Origin: Candidatus Rokuibacteriota bacterium
GTDB taxonomy: Bacteria > Methylomirabilota > Methylomirabilia > Rokubacteriales > CSP1-6
Direction: 5' to 3'
Assembly: GCA_037443505.1 (NCBI GenBank)
Contig: JBBIOF010000001.1
Span: forward strand, 1 to 36,989
Length of the DNA stretch: 36,989 bases
This document shows positions 16,879 to 25,893 of the stretch, one piece after another. The notes below the pieces were generated by a model. It saw only the letters and a program-made list of their open reading frames with translations, ran no database searches and was not told where the DNA came from. How positions within the stretch are numbered: position 1 is the first letter of the stretch; every line of letters begins with the position of its first letter. Made by a program: the position numbers and the translations under genes.

Positions 16879-18375
16879 CTACCCGCCGGCGGCCTGCAGG
16901 AGCTGCTGCACGTGCTGGGCCACGCTGGCGTCGTGCGCCGCGAGCTGCTGGCGGTGCTGCGCCAGGAGCCGGGTCCGCTGCTGCTGGCACTGCCGGTTGA
17001 CGGCCTTGAGCGCGGCCGGGTCCCCGGCGGCGGCCTGCCGGTCCTTGAGGCACTGCGCGTCCAGGGCCCTGAGCTGGCTCCGCTGCTGGGCGAGCAGCGC
17101 GGCCTCGGCCCTGCGGGCCTGGCGGAGGTAGGCGTTGACGGCCGCCTGGCTCGATGACGGGGCCGTGGGCGGCGGCGTCACGGAGGGCGGCGGAGGCGCC
17201 GGCGGGTTCCCCACGGTCTGGATCGGCGGGGGAGGCGGCGTCGACGCACCGCACGTGGCCGTGCCGATCCGGACGAGCCCGACGAGGGAGGCGTCCACGG
17301 CGTCCAGCGGACGGACGCCGGCGGTGGCCAGGACGTGACGGGCCGCCGAGCAGGCGTCCATGACGCTCACGGCGGGGGCCGGGAACGCGGTCTGCACGTT
17401 GCCCGCCGCGTCCAGGTTCACCCCGTCCTGACTCACGTTGCCGTGCGTGTAGGCCCACGCCTGCACGCCCCCCACCTGTCCGGCGCCGCAGAGGGCGTAG
17501 GCCGGGCTCGACGGGGCCTGGCGGCCGGTGCAGACGATCAGGCCCTGGGCCGCGTCGCTGGCGCTCCCGCCCGGATCCGCGTAGAAGTTGGCCTCGACGT
17601 TGCCGGTGGCGCCGAAGTGGATCCGGGTGGCGTAGCCGGGCCCCCAGTCCCAGACCACGTTGTTGACCATCTGGATGGTGGTGCCGGGGTCCGGGCCGAC
17701 CAGCTCCCGGCTGACCTCGGGCGACCGGCTGGCGGCGCGCACGAAGAGGTTGCGGAGCAGGCTGACGCGGGTGGCGTTGTACTTGATCAGCATGGCCTTC
17801 TTGCCCGTGATGGGCGGGCCGATGATGCTGTCCCGGACCGTCACGTCCCGCGTCGCCGGCCCGGACAGGTTCGCCGGGTCGCCGGTGATGTCGATGGAGC
17901 CGTCGGCGCAGTCCGACGTGGAGACCCGGTCGATGAGGACGCGCGTCGCGCCGGCCCGCACCTGGATGCAGTCCATGGAGGGCGCCGCCAGCGCGTCCCG
18001 CACCCGGACGTTCTTCACGATCACGTCGTGCGTGCCGCTGACCAGGATCCCCGCGCCCCGCAGCGTGATGCCCGGCGCCGGCGCGGTGCTCCCGTCGATG
18101 GTCACGAACGAGCCCACGCGGATCGAGGTCTGGAGCAGGATGTCCCCGGCCACCTGGAAGACCACGTAGGCGTTGCCGGGCCCCGCGCACTGCCGGAGGC
18201 TGCCCGGCCCCGAGTCGGCCAGCGTGGTCACGTGGCACAGGGGCTTGCCGGTGCCGCCCACCGTGGCCGCCCCGAACCCCTCGCTCGCCTGCGCGCGGGC
18301 CGGGACGATCAGGAACAGAAGGGCGGCGAGCATCGCCGGGACGCCCGCCGCCGCTGCCATCGACCGCTCCTTCAT
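16879..18375 (-). CDS. Secreted pectate-lyase-fold (right-handed beta-helix, PL1-like) protein with a Pro-rich linker and a Gln-rich helical tail
   Basis: ORF 16879..19473 trimmed to the ATG at 18375 (GGGGAGG upstream). The signal peptide reads MKERSMAAAAGVPAMLAALLFLIVPARA|QA. PL1-like motifs are RVLIDRVSTSDCADGSIDIT, KKAMLIKYNATRVSLLRNLF and RAASRSPEVSR. The tail is described in the findings. Confidence 0.75.
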   Translation of the reverse strand: MKERSMAAAAGVPAMLAALLFLIVPARAQASEGFGAATVGGTGKPLCHVTTLADSGPGSLRQCAGPGNAYVVFQVAGDILLQTSIRVGSFVTIDGSTAPAPGITLRGAGILVSGTHDVIVKNVRVRDALAAPSMDCIQVRAGATRVLIDRVSTSDCADGSIDITGDPANLSGPATRDVTVRDSIIGPPITGKKAMLIKYNATRVSLLRNLFVRAASRSPEVSRELVGPDPGTTIQMVNNVVWDWGPGYATRIHFGATGNVEANFYADPGGSASDAAQGLIVCTGRQAPSSPAYALCGAGQVGGVQAWAYTHGNVSQDGVNLDAAGNVQTAFPAPAVSVMDACSAARHVLATAGVRPLDAVDASLVGLVRIGTATCGASTPPPPPIQTVGNPPAPPPPSVTPPPTAPSSSQAAVNAYLRQARRAEAALLAQQRSQLRALDAQCLKDRQAAAGDPAALKAVNRQCQQQRTRLLAQHRQQLAAHDASVAQHVQQLLQAAGG

Positions 18376-18551
18376 CACTGCCTCCCCTCGTTCCGCGCCG
18401 GGCGCGCGACCGGTCCCGGCGCGGGCCGACTCACGTGCTCCATCCCCCCTGGTTGACCGTGGCGTGCCGTCGCCGGGCGTGGCGGGGGCCCGGCGACCGT
18501 GGAAGGGCGGCGGCCGTGATCGCAGCACCGGAGCCTGCCCGGGGCCCTCGC

Positions 18552-19586
18552 TCAGTTCCAGAGGTAGCCGCGCGGGTTGACGGACCGCCCCTTGACCAGG
18601 ATCTCGTAGTGAAGGTGCGGTCCCGACGAGCGGCCGGTGTTGCCGGTGAGGGCGATCTCGGCCCCCCGCTCGACCTGCTGGCCGGTCCTGACGTGGATCT
18701 GCGAGAGGTGGCCGTACACGGTGCGGATGTCCTGGCCGTGGTCGAGGACCACCGCCAGGCCATACTCCCCGTGGCGGCCGGCGAAGACGACCGTGCCCGA
18801 GGCCGGGGCCCGCACGGGCGTCCCCGGCTCGGCGGCGATGTCGATGCCGCCGTGGAACTCCTGCGTCTTCTCCCACGGCGACAGCCGGTTGCCGTACTCG
18901 GAGTTGACCTGCCCCCGGACCGGCCACCGCGAGGGCAGCGCCGCCAGGGCCCGCCGCGCCCGCGAGATCAGGCGGTCGAGCGCGCGCAGGCTCTCGCCCT
19001 CCTGCATCACCTGCTCGGCGAGCCGGTCCAGCTCCTCGGAGGGCGACAGGCGGGCCGGCAGCCGGTCCGCCGGAGCGGCGCGGCCGCCGATCCCGCTGCT
19101 GCGGGCCGGCGGGGCCATCTCGGGCCCGAAGGGCTCCCAGATCCGCGCGTGCAGTTCGCGCCAGCTCCCCACCTCGCGGGCCAGCTCGGCGATCTTCCGG
19201 TTGAACCGGTCGATCGTCGCGCGCTGCTCGTCCAGCTCCTGCAGGAGCGATCCGGCGTCCCGCACCCGCTGGCGGACCTGCCACCAGTCGCCGACCAGCG
19301 CGCCCAGCGCACACACCGCGACCACCGTGATCGAGCCCAGGACGACCGGCAGCCGCCGGGGGAAGTTCAGCCTGAGGACCCTGGTGCCGTCCCCACGCAC
19401 GATGAGCAGGCTGAACTGCTTGCGATGGTTCAACGGCCTGGTGACTCCCCTGGAGGTCGCCGCGTGAGGCCACGGCTGCGCGGGTTGTAGCACCGGGCGC
19501 GTGAAGGTGTCAACGGCCGACCCACCGCTGCGCGCTGCCGGGCGAGCGAGTGCCAGCGTCATGCCCCCGGCCGTGAGGCAAGTCAC
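18552..19586 (-). CDS. M23 family peptidoglycan metalloendopeptidase with an N-terminal TM segment and coiled coil
   Basis: It has HGGIDIAAEPGTPVRAPASG (HxxxD) and TGRSSGPHLHYEI (HxH), plus the TM segment LPVVLGSITVVAVCALGALV. The start is uncertain: GTG 19586 or ATG 19562. Confidence 0.85.
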   Translation of the reverse strand: MTCLTAGGMTLALARPAARSGGSAVDTFTRPVLQPAQPWPHAATSRGVTRPLNHRKQFSLLIVRGDGTRVLRLNFPRRLPVVLGSITVVAVCALGALVGDWWQVRQRVRDAGSLLQELDEQRATIDRFNRKIAELAREVGSWRELHARIWEPFGPEMAPPARSSGIGGRAAPADRLPARLSPSEELDRLAEQVMQEGESLRALDRLISRARRALAALPSRWPVRGQVNSEYGNRLSPWEKTQEFHGGIDIAAEPGTPVRAPASGTVVFAGRHGEYGLAVVLDHGQDIRTVYGHLSQIHVRTGQQVERGAEIALTGNTGRSSGPHLHYEILVKGRSVNPRGYLWN

Positions 19587-19750
19587 ATGCCCGGCCTCGC
19601 GCCCGTGGAATCAACGACTTACACAGGGCCTGACTGTCAGCGAGGCACTCGGCACTGACCGACTGTCGGGGGCATGACGTGGGACCCGGGGGACCGGCCC
19701 GCGGGCCCGGGCGGGAGCGCGACGTAACCCCGCGTCGGACCGTCTGTTGT

Positions 19751-19780
19751 TTGACACCCTCGGCGGCCGGGCGATATCAT
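19751..19780 (+). promoter_or_regulatory. Sigma70-type promoter for the aminotransferase-hom-thrC operon
   Basis: Perfect -35 TTGACA (19751-19756), an 18-nt spacer, then -10 TATCAT (19775-19780). The SD GAGAGGAG and ATG 19805 follow. Confidence 0.5.
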
Positions 19781-19804
19781 CGCCCAAGCCCGAGAGGAGC
19801 CCGC

Positions 19805-20974
19805 ATGGAAGAGTTCTACCGGATCAAGCGGCTGCCCCCGTACGTCTTCGCGATCGTCAACGACCTGAAGACGAAGGCGCGCGCTCGCGGCGAGGACATC
19901 ATCGACCTCGGGATGGGCAACCCCGACATGGGGACGCCCCGGCACATCGTCGCGAAGCTCACCGAGGCCGCGCAGAACCCGCGCAACCACCGCTACTCGG
20001 CGTCGCGCGGCATCACCCGCCTGCGCGTGGCGGTGACCCGTTGGTACCGCGACCGGTACGGCGTGGAGCTGGACCCCGAGTCGGAGGCCATCGCCACCAT
20101 CGGCGCCAAGGAGGGGCTGGCCCACCTGGCCCTGGCCGTCCTGCAGCCGGGCGACGGCGCGCTGGTCCCCAACCCGACCTACCCCATCCACGCGTACTCG
20201 GTGGTGATCGCGGACGGGGACCTCCGGTCGGTGCCCCTCACGCCGGACGGCGACTTCTTCGCGCGGCTCGAGGAGACCGCGCGCCTGGCGTGGCCCAAGG
20301 CGAAGCTCCTGATCCTCTCCTTCCCCCACAACCCCACCACGCTCTGCGTGGACCGGGCGTTCTTCGAGAAGGTGGTGGAGTTCGCCCGCGAGCACCGGCT
20401 CATGGTGGTGCACGACTTCGCCTACGCCGACCTCGCCTTCGACGGCTACCGGCCCCCGTCGTTCCTGGAGGTTCCCGGCGCCAAGGAGGTCGGCGTCGAG
20501 CTGTTCTCGCTGACCAAGTCCTACAACATGGCGGGCTGGCGCCTGGCCTTCTGCTGCGGCAACGCGCGGATGGTGCACGCCCTGGCCCGGATCAAGTCCT
20601 ACCTGGACTACGGCGTGTTCCAGCCCATCCAGATCGCCGGCATCATCGCGCTGGAGGGCGACCAGAAGTGCGTGGCCGAGATCGCCGACGTGTACCGGCG
20701 CCGGCGCGACGTGCTGGTGGACGGGCTCAACAAGATCGGCTGGAGCGTCGCCAGGCCCAGGGGCACCATGTTCGTGTGGGCGCCCATCCCCGAGGCCTTC
20801 CGCGCCATGGGGTCGCTGGAGTTCGCCAAGCTCTGCGTGCAGGAGGCCAAGGTGGCCGTGTCCCCCGGCATCGGGTTCGGCGAGTACGGCGAGGGCTACG
20901 TGCGCTTCGCGCTCGTGGAGAACGAGCAGCGGATCCGCCAGGCGCTGCGCGGCCTCAAGCAGCTCGGCCGCTGA
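19805..20974 (+). CDS. Class I/II PLP aminotransferase (alanine/aspartate transaminase, AlaC/AspC-like)
   Basis: ORF 19679..20974 trimmed to the ATG at 19805. It contains [22 protein letters not shown]...IDLGMGNPD...NPTYPIH...SFPHNPT...[16 protein letters not shown] (PLP lysine). Confidence 0.9.
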   Translation: MEEFYRIKRLPPYVFAIVNDLKTKARARGEDIIDLGMGNPDMGTPRHIVAKLTEAAQNPRNHRYSASRGITRLRVAVTRWYRDRYGVELDPESEAIATIGAKEGLAHLALAVLQPGDGALVPNPTYPIHAYSVVIADGDLRSVPLTPDGDFFARLEETARLAWPKAKLLILSFPHNPTTLCVDRAFFEKVVEFAREHRLMVVHDFAYADLAFDGYRPPSFLEVPGAKEVGVELFSLTKSYNMAGWRLAFCCGNARMVHALARIKSYLDYGVFQPIQIAGIIALEGDQKCVAEIADVYRRRRDVLVDGLNKIGWSVARPRGTMFVWAPIPEAFRAMGSLEFAKLCVQEAKVAVSPGIGFGEYGEGYVRFALVENEQRIRQALRGLKQLGR

Positions 20975-20976
20975 CC

Positions 20977-22284
20977 GTGAAGGAAGTCCGCCTCGGGCTG
21001 CTCGGCCTCGGCACCGTCGGGGCCGGCGTGGTGAAGCTCCTGGACAGCGAGCGCACCCTGCTGGAGGAGCGCGCCGGCTGCCGCCTCACCCTGGCCGCGG
21101 TGGCCGACCTGGACGTCACCCGGCCCCGCGAGGGCGTCGACCTCTCCCGCCTGCCCATGACCACGGACGCGGGCCGGGTCCTGGACGACCCGGGCGTCGA
21201 GGTCGTCGTCGAGCTGATCGGCGGGCTCGAGCCCGCCCGCTCGTTCATCCTCCGGGCCATCGCGGCCGGCAAGCACGTGGTCACGGCCAACAAGGCCCTG
21301 CTGGCCCACCACGGCGCCGAGCTGTACGAGGAGGCCCGGCGGCGCGGCGTCACCCTGTCCTTCGAGGCGGCGGTGGCGGGCGGCATCCCGCTCATCCGTG
21401 CCGTGAAGGAGGGCCTGGTCGCCAACCGGGTCCTCTCGGTCTCCGGCATCGTCAACGGCACGTCCAACTACATCCTGTCCCGGATGACGGACGAGGGCCT
21501 GGACTTCGGGGTGGCCCTCGCCGAGGCCCAGGCCCACGGCTACGCCGAGGCCGATCCCACCCTGGACATCGAGGGGCTGGACTCCGCCCACAAGCTGCAG
21601 ATCCTCGTGACCCTGGCCTTCCGCACGTACGTGGAGCTGAAGGACATCCACACCGAGGGGATCACCCGGGTCACCCAGCAGGACATCGGCTACGCGCGCG
21701 AGCTCGGCTACCGGGTCAAGCTGCTGGCCATCGCCAAGGCCTCCGACGGCGGGGTGGAGGCGCGCGTCCACCCCACCATGATCCCGGCAGACTCGCCGCT
21801 GGCCGCGGTCTCGGGCGTCTTCAACGCCGTGTTCATCACGGGCCACGCCGTGGGCGACCTGATGTTCTACGGCCGGGGCGCGGGCCAGCTCCCCACGGCG
21901 TCGGCGGTGTGGTCGGACACCGTGGAGATCGCGCGCCGCATCGCCCACGGGGTGCCGGCGCTGGCCCTGGAGCTGCCGTCGGTGGGCGCCGGCGCCCTGC
22001 CGGTCAGGCCCATGGAGGACATCCGCTGCTGCTACTACCTCCGGGTCATGGCCCAGGACCGGCCGGGCGTCCTGTCCCGCGTGGCCGGGATCCTGGGCGA
22101 CAACGACATCTCCATCGCCTCGGTCATCCAGAAGGGGCGGGCGGCGCGCGGGGCGGTGCCGGTGGTGATGATGACCCACGAGGCGCGCGAGCGGGACATG
22201 CGCGCGGCCCTGGCCGCCATCGACCGCCTGCCCGCCGTGGCGGCCCCCACCACCATGATCCGCGTGGAGGGCGGCCCCGCGTGA
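20977..22284 (+). CDS. hom: Homoserine dehydrogenase
   Basis: GTG 20977, 2 nt after the upstream stop. It contains VRLGLLGLGTVGAGV, VTANKALLA, GIVNGTSNYIL, AEADPTLDIEGLDSAHKL and a C-terminal ACT domain (YYLRVMAQDRPGVLSRVAGILGDNDISI). Confidence 0.92.
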   Translation: MKEVRLGLLGLGTVGAGVVKLLDSERTLLEERAGCRLTLAAVADLDVTRPREGVDLSRLPMTTDAGRVLDDPGVEVVVELIGGLEPARSFILRAIAAGKHVVTANKALLAHHGAELYEEARRRGVTLSFEAAVAGGIPLIRAVKEGLVANRVLSVSGIVNGTSNYILSRMTDEGLDFGVALAEAQAHGYAEADPTLDIEGLDSAHKLQILVTLAFRTYVELKDIHTEGITRVTQQDIGYARELGYRVKLLAIAKASDGGVEARVHPTMIPADSPLAAVSGVFNAVFITGHAVGDLMFYGRGAGQLPTASAVWSDTVEIARRIAHGVPALALELPSVGAGALPVRPMEDIRCCYYLRVMAQDRPGVLSRVAGILGDNDISIASVIQKGRAARGAVPVVMMTHEARERDMRAALAAIDRLPAVAAPTTMIRVEGGPA

Positions 22285-23339
22285 AGGCGTGGTCGGGCGT
22301 GATCGAGCAGTACCGGGAGTTCCTCCCGGTGAGCGACCGGACTCCGGTGGTGACGCTCCACGAAGGCAACACCCCCCTGATCCCCGCACCGCGCCTGGCG
22401 GAGGCCACCGACCCGCGCCTGTCCATCTTCCTCAAGTGCGAGGGCTTCAACCCCACCGGCTCCTTCAAGGACCGGGGGATGACCATGGCCATCTCCAAGG
22501 CCCTCGAGGCGGGCTCGCGGGCCGTCATCTGCGCCTCCACCGGCAACACGTCGGCCTCCGCCGCCGCCTTCGCGGCCCGCGCCGGCATCCGGGCCTTCGT
22601 CATGGTGCCCAAGGGAGCCATCGCGCTCGGCAAGCTCTCCCAGGCGGCCATCCACGGGGCGCGCGTCCTGATGGTGGACGGCAACTTCGACCAGGCGCTG
22701 TCCATCGTGCGCCGCATCTCCGAGCAGCACCCCGTCACGCTGGTCAACTCGCTGAACCCCTTCCGCCTGGAGGGCCAGAAGACGGCGGCCTTCGAGGTGG
22801 TGGACCAGCTCGGGCGGGCGCCCGACTACCACCTGATCCCGGTGGGCAACGCGGGCAACATCACCGCCTACTGGCGCGGCTACCGGGAGTACCACCGGGC
22901 CGGCCGGGCGCGGGAGCTGCCGCGGATGGTGGGGTTCCAGGCCGCGGGGGCGGCGCCCATCTACGAGAACCGCGTGATCGAGGAGCCCCGCACGGTGGCG
23001 ACGGCCATCCGGATCGGCAACCCCGCCTCCTGGGGTCCCGCCCTGGAGGCCCTCCAGGACTCGCGCGGCTGGATCGACGTCGTCACCGACGAGGAGATCC
23101 TCCACGCCTACCGGCTGCTGGCGCGCGAGGAGGGCATCTTCATGGAGCCGGCCTCGGCGGCGACGGTGGCGGGGCTCATCAAGAACGTGAAGGCGGGGCG
23201 CTTCGAGCCCGGCTCCACCCTGGTGCTCACGCTCACGGGCCACGGGCTCAAGGACCCCGACACCGCGCTGGAGTCGGCGTCGCGGCCCACCACCGTGCCC
23301 GCCCACCTGGACGCCGTCCTGGCCCAGATCGGTCTCTGA
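22281..23339 (+). CDS. thrC: Threonine synthase
   Basis: GTG 22281 overlaps the hom stop (GTGA). It contains LHEGNTPLI, KCEGFNPTGSFKDRG (PLP lysine), ASTGNTSAS and PVGNAGNITAYW. Confidence 0.92.
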   Translation: MKAWSGVIEQYREFLPVSDRTPVVTLHEGNTPLIPAPRLAEATDPRLSIFLKCEGFNPTGSFKDRGMTMAISKALEAGSRAVICASTGNTSASAAAFAARAGIRAFVMVPKGAIALGKLSQAAIHGARVLMVDGNFDQALSIVRRISEQHPVTLVNSLNPFRLEGQKTAAFEVVDQLGRAPDYHLIPVGNAGNITAYWRGYREYHRAGRARELPRMVGFQAAGAAPIYENRVIEEPRTVATAIRIGNPASWGPALEALQDSRGWIDVVTDEEILHAYRLLAREEGIFMEPASAATVAGLIKNVKAGRFEPGSTLVLTLTGHGLKDPDTALESASRPTTVPAHLDAVLAQIGL

Positions 23340-23345
23340 CGGCCG

Positions 23346-24329
23346 TTGAAGCTGCCGAGGCTGCTGCTCGGCGTCGCCGTCAGCGCCGCGCTCTTCGCCG
23401 CCCTCCTGGGCGGCGTCGACCTGGCCGAGCTGGGCGCCCAGCTCCGCCGCACCCACTGGGGCTGGACGCTGCTTGCCGCGCTGCTGGCCCCCGCGGGCCT
23501 GTGGGTGCGGGCGCGGCGGTGGCGCTACCTGTTCCCGCCCCGCTCCGAGCCGCCCGCGCTGGTGCCGGCCGTGATGATCGGCTACATGGCCAACAACGTG
23601 CTGCCGCTCCGCGCCGGCGAGGTCGTGCGGGTCTACGTGGTCGCCCGGCGGTGGGGCCGGGGCTTCTGGACCGCGCTGGCCACCCTGGTGGTCGAGCGCG
23701 TCCTCGACAGCCTGGCCATCGTGCTGGTCCTGGGCGTGCTGGTGCTCCTGGTCCCCGTGCCGCGGACCTTCCAGTGGACGGCGGCCACGCTGCTGGGCCT
23801 GGACGTGGCCGCGATGGGCGTCCTCGGCTTCCTGGCTGCGGCGCCCGGGCGCGGGCGGAGGCTCCTGGCGCGCCTCACCGGCCGGTGGCCCGCCCTGGCC
23901 GGGCGGGTCGCGCACGGCTTCGAGACCTTCGTGACCGGCCTCGACGGCATCCGGAGCCCCGGCCACCTCGGGCCCCTGCTCGTCTGGACGGTCGCCGTGT
24001 GGCTGGTGGCCGCGCTGGCGGCGTGGGCCGCGCTCCGCGCGGTGATGCTGGACCTGCCGCTCCTGGCCGGGTGGGCGGTGCTGGCCTTCGTCGGGCTCGG
24101 CATCAGCATCCCGTCGGCACCCGGCTACGTGGGCGTCTTCCACTACGCCGCCGTGCTCGCCGTGGAGATGTTCGGCGTGCCGCGCACGGCGGGGCTGGGG
24201 TTCGCCCTCGTGTTCCATGCCACGCAGGTGGTGCCGGTCACGCTCGCCGGCTGGCTCTACCTGCTCCGCGAGCACGTGAGCCTCGGCGAGGCGTCCCGGG
24301 CCCGTCCCGCCGGCGCCGTCGACGGCTGA
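23346..24329 (+). CDS. UPF0104 / lysylphosphatidylglycerol-synthase-TM-region (flippase-like) membrane protein
   Basis: 327-aa polytopic ORF with a TTG start 6 nt after thrC. It contains RWRYLF...IGYMANNVLPLRAGEVVRVYV...PSAPGYVGVFH, typical of this family. Confidence 0.8.
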   Translation: MKLPRLLLGVAVSAALFAALLGGVDLAELGAQLRRTHWGWTLLAALLAPAGLWVRARRWRYLFPPRSEPPALVPAVMIGYMANNVLPLRAGEVVRVYVVARRWGRGFWTALATLVVERVLDSLAIVLVLGVLVLLVPVPRTFQWTAATLLGLDVAAMGVLGFLAAAPGRGRRLLARLTGRWPALAGRVAHGFETFVTGLDGIRSPGHLGPLLVWTVAVWLVAALAAWAALRAVMLDLPLLAGWAVLAFVGLGISIPSAPGYVGVFHYAAVLAVEMFGVPRTAGLGFALVFHATQVVPVTLAGWLYLLREHVSLGEASRARPAGAVDG

Positions 24330-24413
24330 CGCTCGGGGGAGCTCCGGGGCCGTCCGCGTGTTCGAGCGACGGGGGCCACGCCCCCCGCGCTCCCCGGGCC
24401 CGGCGCCCAGGGC

Positions 24414-25169
24414 CTACACCATCAGCACGCCGCCGTTGACGTCCAGGCAGGCGCCGGTCATGTAGGCCGCGTCGTCGGAGGCCAGGAAGAGCACGCACCG
24501 CGCGATCTCCTGCGGCTCGGCCGCCCGGCCCAGCGGCACCCGCTGGATCAGCGCCTCGGTCTCGGCCGGCGTGCGGAGCGCCCGGAACCGCTCCGTGGCC
24601 GTGGTCCCGGGCGCGACGGCGTTGACCGTGATGCCGAAGCGCGCCACCTCGAGGGCGAGGTGGCGCGTGAACCCCAGGATCCCGGCCTTGCCGGCCGCGT
24701 AGGGGGAGCTCAGCACCACGGCGGCGCCGCGGCCCCCGATGGAGGAGAGGTTCACGATCCGGCCCCACCGGCGCTGCTTCATCCCGGGCAGCACGGCCTT
24801 CGCGCAGAGGAAGGCGCTGGTGAGGTTGAAGCGCAGGATGGCGTCCCACTCCTCGTCGGGGATCTCCTCGGTGGCGCTCCGCACCGTGCCGAACCCACCC
24901 GCGTTGTTGACCAGGACCTCCACGGGGCCCCACCGGCCGGCGACGGCGTCCACGGCCGACCGCACGTCGGCCGGGCGCGTCACGTCGGCGTGCAAGCCCA
25001 GGACCTCGGCGCCGGCCGCCTTGACCTCGCCCGCCAGCGCGTCGAGGCCGGCGGCGTCGATGTCCAGGGCCACGATCCGGGCGCCCTCGGCGGCGAACGC
25101 GCGGGCCACCGCCGCGCCGATGCCCCGGGCCGCGCCGGTCACCATCACCACCCGTCCGGCGAACCTCAT
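24414..25169 (-). CDS. SDR family oxidoreductase (FabG-like)
   Basis: ORF 24414..25229 trimmed to the ATG at 25169 (GGGGAG upstream). It contains TGAARGIGAA, NNAG and the catalytic YAAGKAG (YxxxK). Confidence 0.88.
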   Translation of the reverse strand: MRFAGRVVMVTGAARGIGAAVARAFAAEGARIVALDIDAAGLDALAGEVKAAGAEVLGLHADVTRPADVRSAVDAVAGRWGPVEVLVNNAGGFGTVRSATEEIPDEEWDAILRFNLTSAFLCAKAVLPGMKQRRWGRIVNLSSIGGRGAAVVLSSPYAAGKAGILGFTRHLALEVARFGITVNAVAPGTTATERFRALRTPAETEALIQRVPLGRAAEPQEIARCVLFLASDDAAYMTGACLDVNGGVLMV

Positions 25170-25194
25170 GGTGGACTCCCCCGTCCGCGGGCCC

Positions 25195-25893
25195 TCAGAC
25201 CCCGAGGTAGCGCGCCCGGACCTCGGCATCGCCGCCCAGGGCCTCGGGTGAGGCCGAGTGCACGATCGTCCCGCGGCTCATGATGTGGACGTGATCGGAG
25301 TAGCGGAGCGCGAACTTCAGGTTCTGCTCCACCAGGAGCATGGCCATCCCGTGGGTCCGGAGGGTGCGGATCGCCTGGCCCACGGTCTCCACGTAGAGGG
25401 GCGACAGCCCCTCGGTCGGCTCGTCGAGCAGCAGCAGCGACGGGTTGGTCATGAGGCCCCGCCCGATGGCCAGCATCTGCTGCTCGCCGCCGCTCATGCG
25501 GGCGGCCGGGTGGCGGGCGCGCTCCCGGAGCGGCGGGAACAGGTCGAAGACGCGCTCCACCGTCCAGCCGTCCGGGCGCGGGCGCCAGCCGATCTCGAGC
25601 GTCTCCGTCACGTCGAGCGACGGGAAGATCTGCCGCCCCTGGGGCACCAGGGAGATCCCCAGCCGGGCCACCTGGTAGGGGCGCCGGCGCGTGATGTCCG
25701 TCCCCTCGAAGAGGACGCGGCCCCGGCGGGGCGGGGTGAAGCCCATGATCGACCGGACCAGCGTGGTCTTGCCGGCGCCGTTGCGGCCCAGCAGCCCCAC
25801 GACCGTGCCCGGCGCCACCTCCAGCGTCACGCCCTGGAGCACGTGGCTGTCGCCGTAGTAGGTGTGGACGTCCTCGACCCGCAGCACCCTCAC
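25195..25893 (-). CDS. livF: Branched-chain-amino-acid-type ABC transporter ATP-binding protein (LivF family)
   Basis: GTG 25893 overlaps the LivG-type stop (GTGA). It has Walker A GRNGAGKTT, signature MSGGEQQM and Walker B LLLLDEPTEGL. The symbol is family-level only. Confidence 0.88.
   Translation of the reverse strand: MRVLRVEDVHTYYGDSHVLQGVTLEVAPGTVVGLLGRNGAGKTTLVRSIMGFTPPRRGRVLFEGTDITRRRPYQVARLGISLVPQGRQIFPSLDVTETLEIGWRPRPDGWTVERVFDLFPPLRERARHPAARMSGGEQQMLAIGRGLMTNPSLLLLDEPTEGLSPLYVETVGQAIRTLRTHGMAMLLVEQNLKFALRYSDHVHIMSRGTIVHSASPEALGGDAEVRARYLGV

Noticed and set aside
18376-19473. N-terminal 366-codon extension of the pectate-lyase-like ORF (track ORF 16879..19473).
   Set aside because: The extension runs through the 176-nt intergenic region and out of frame across the M23 peptidase gene. 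It is Arg/Pro/Gly-rich nonsense. A proper ATG with a GGGGAGG SD and a signal peptide begins at 18375.
16879-19586. M23 peptidase plus beta-helix lyase as remnants of a prophage lysis or tailspike module.
   Set aside because: No phage structural, integrase, holin or terminase genes flank them. Both proteins have ordinary Sec/TM targeting signals. GC content and codon phase look the same as in the neighbouring genes.
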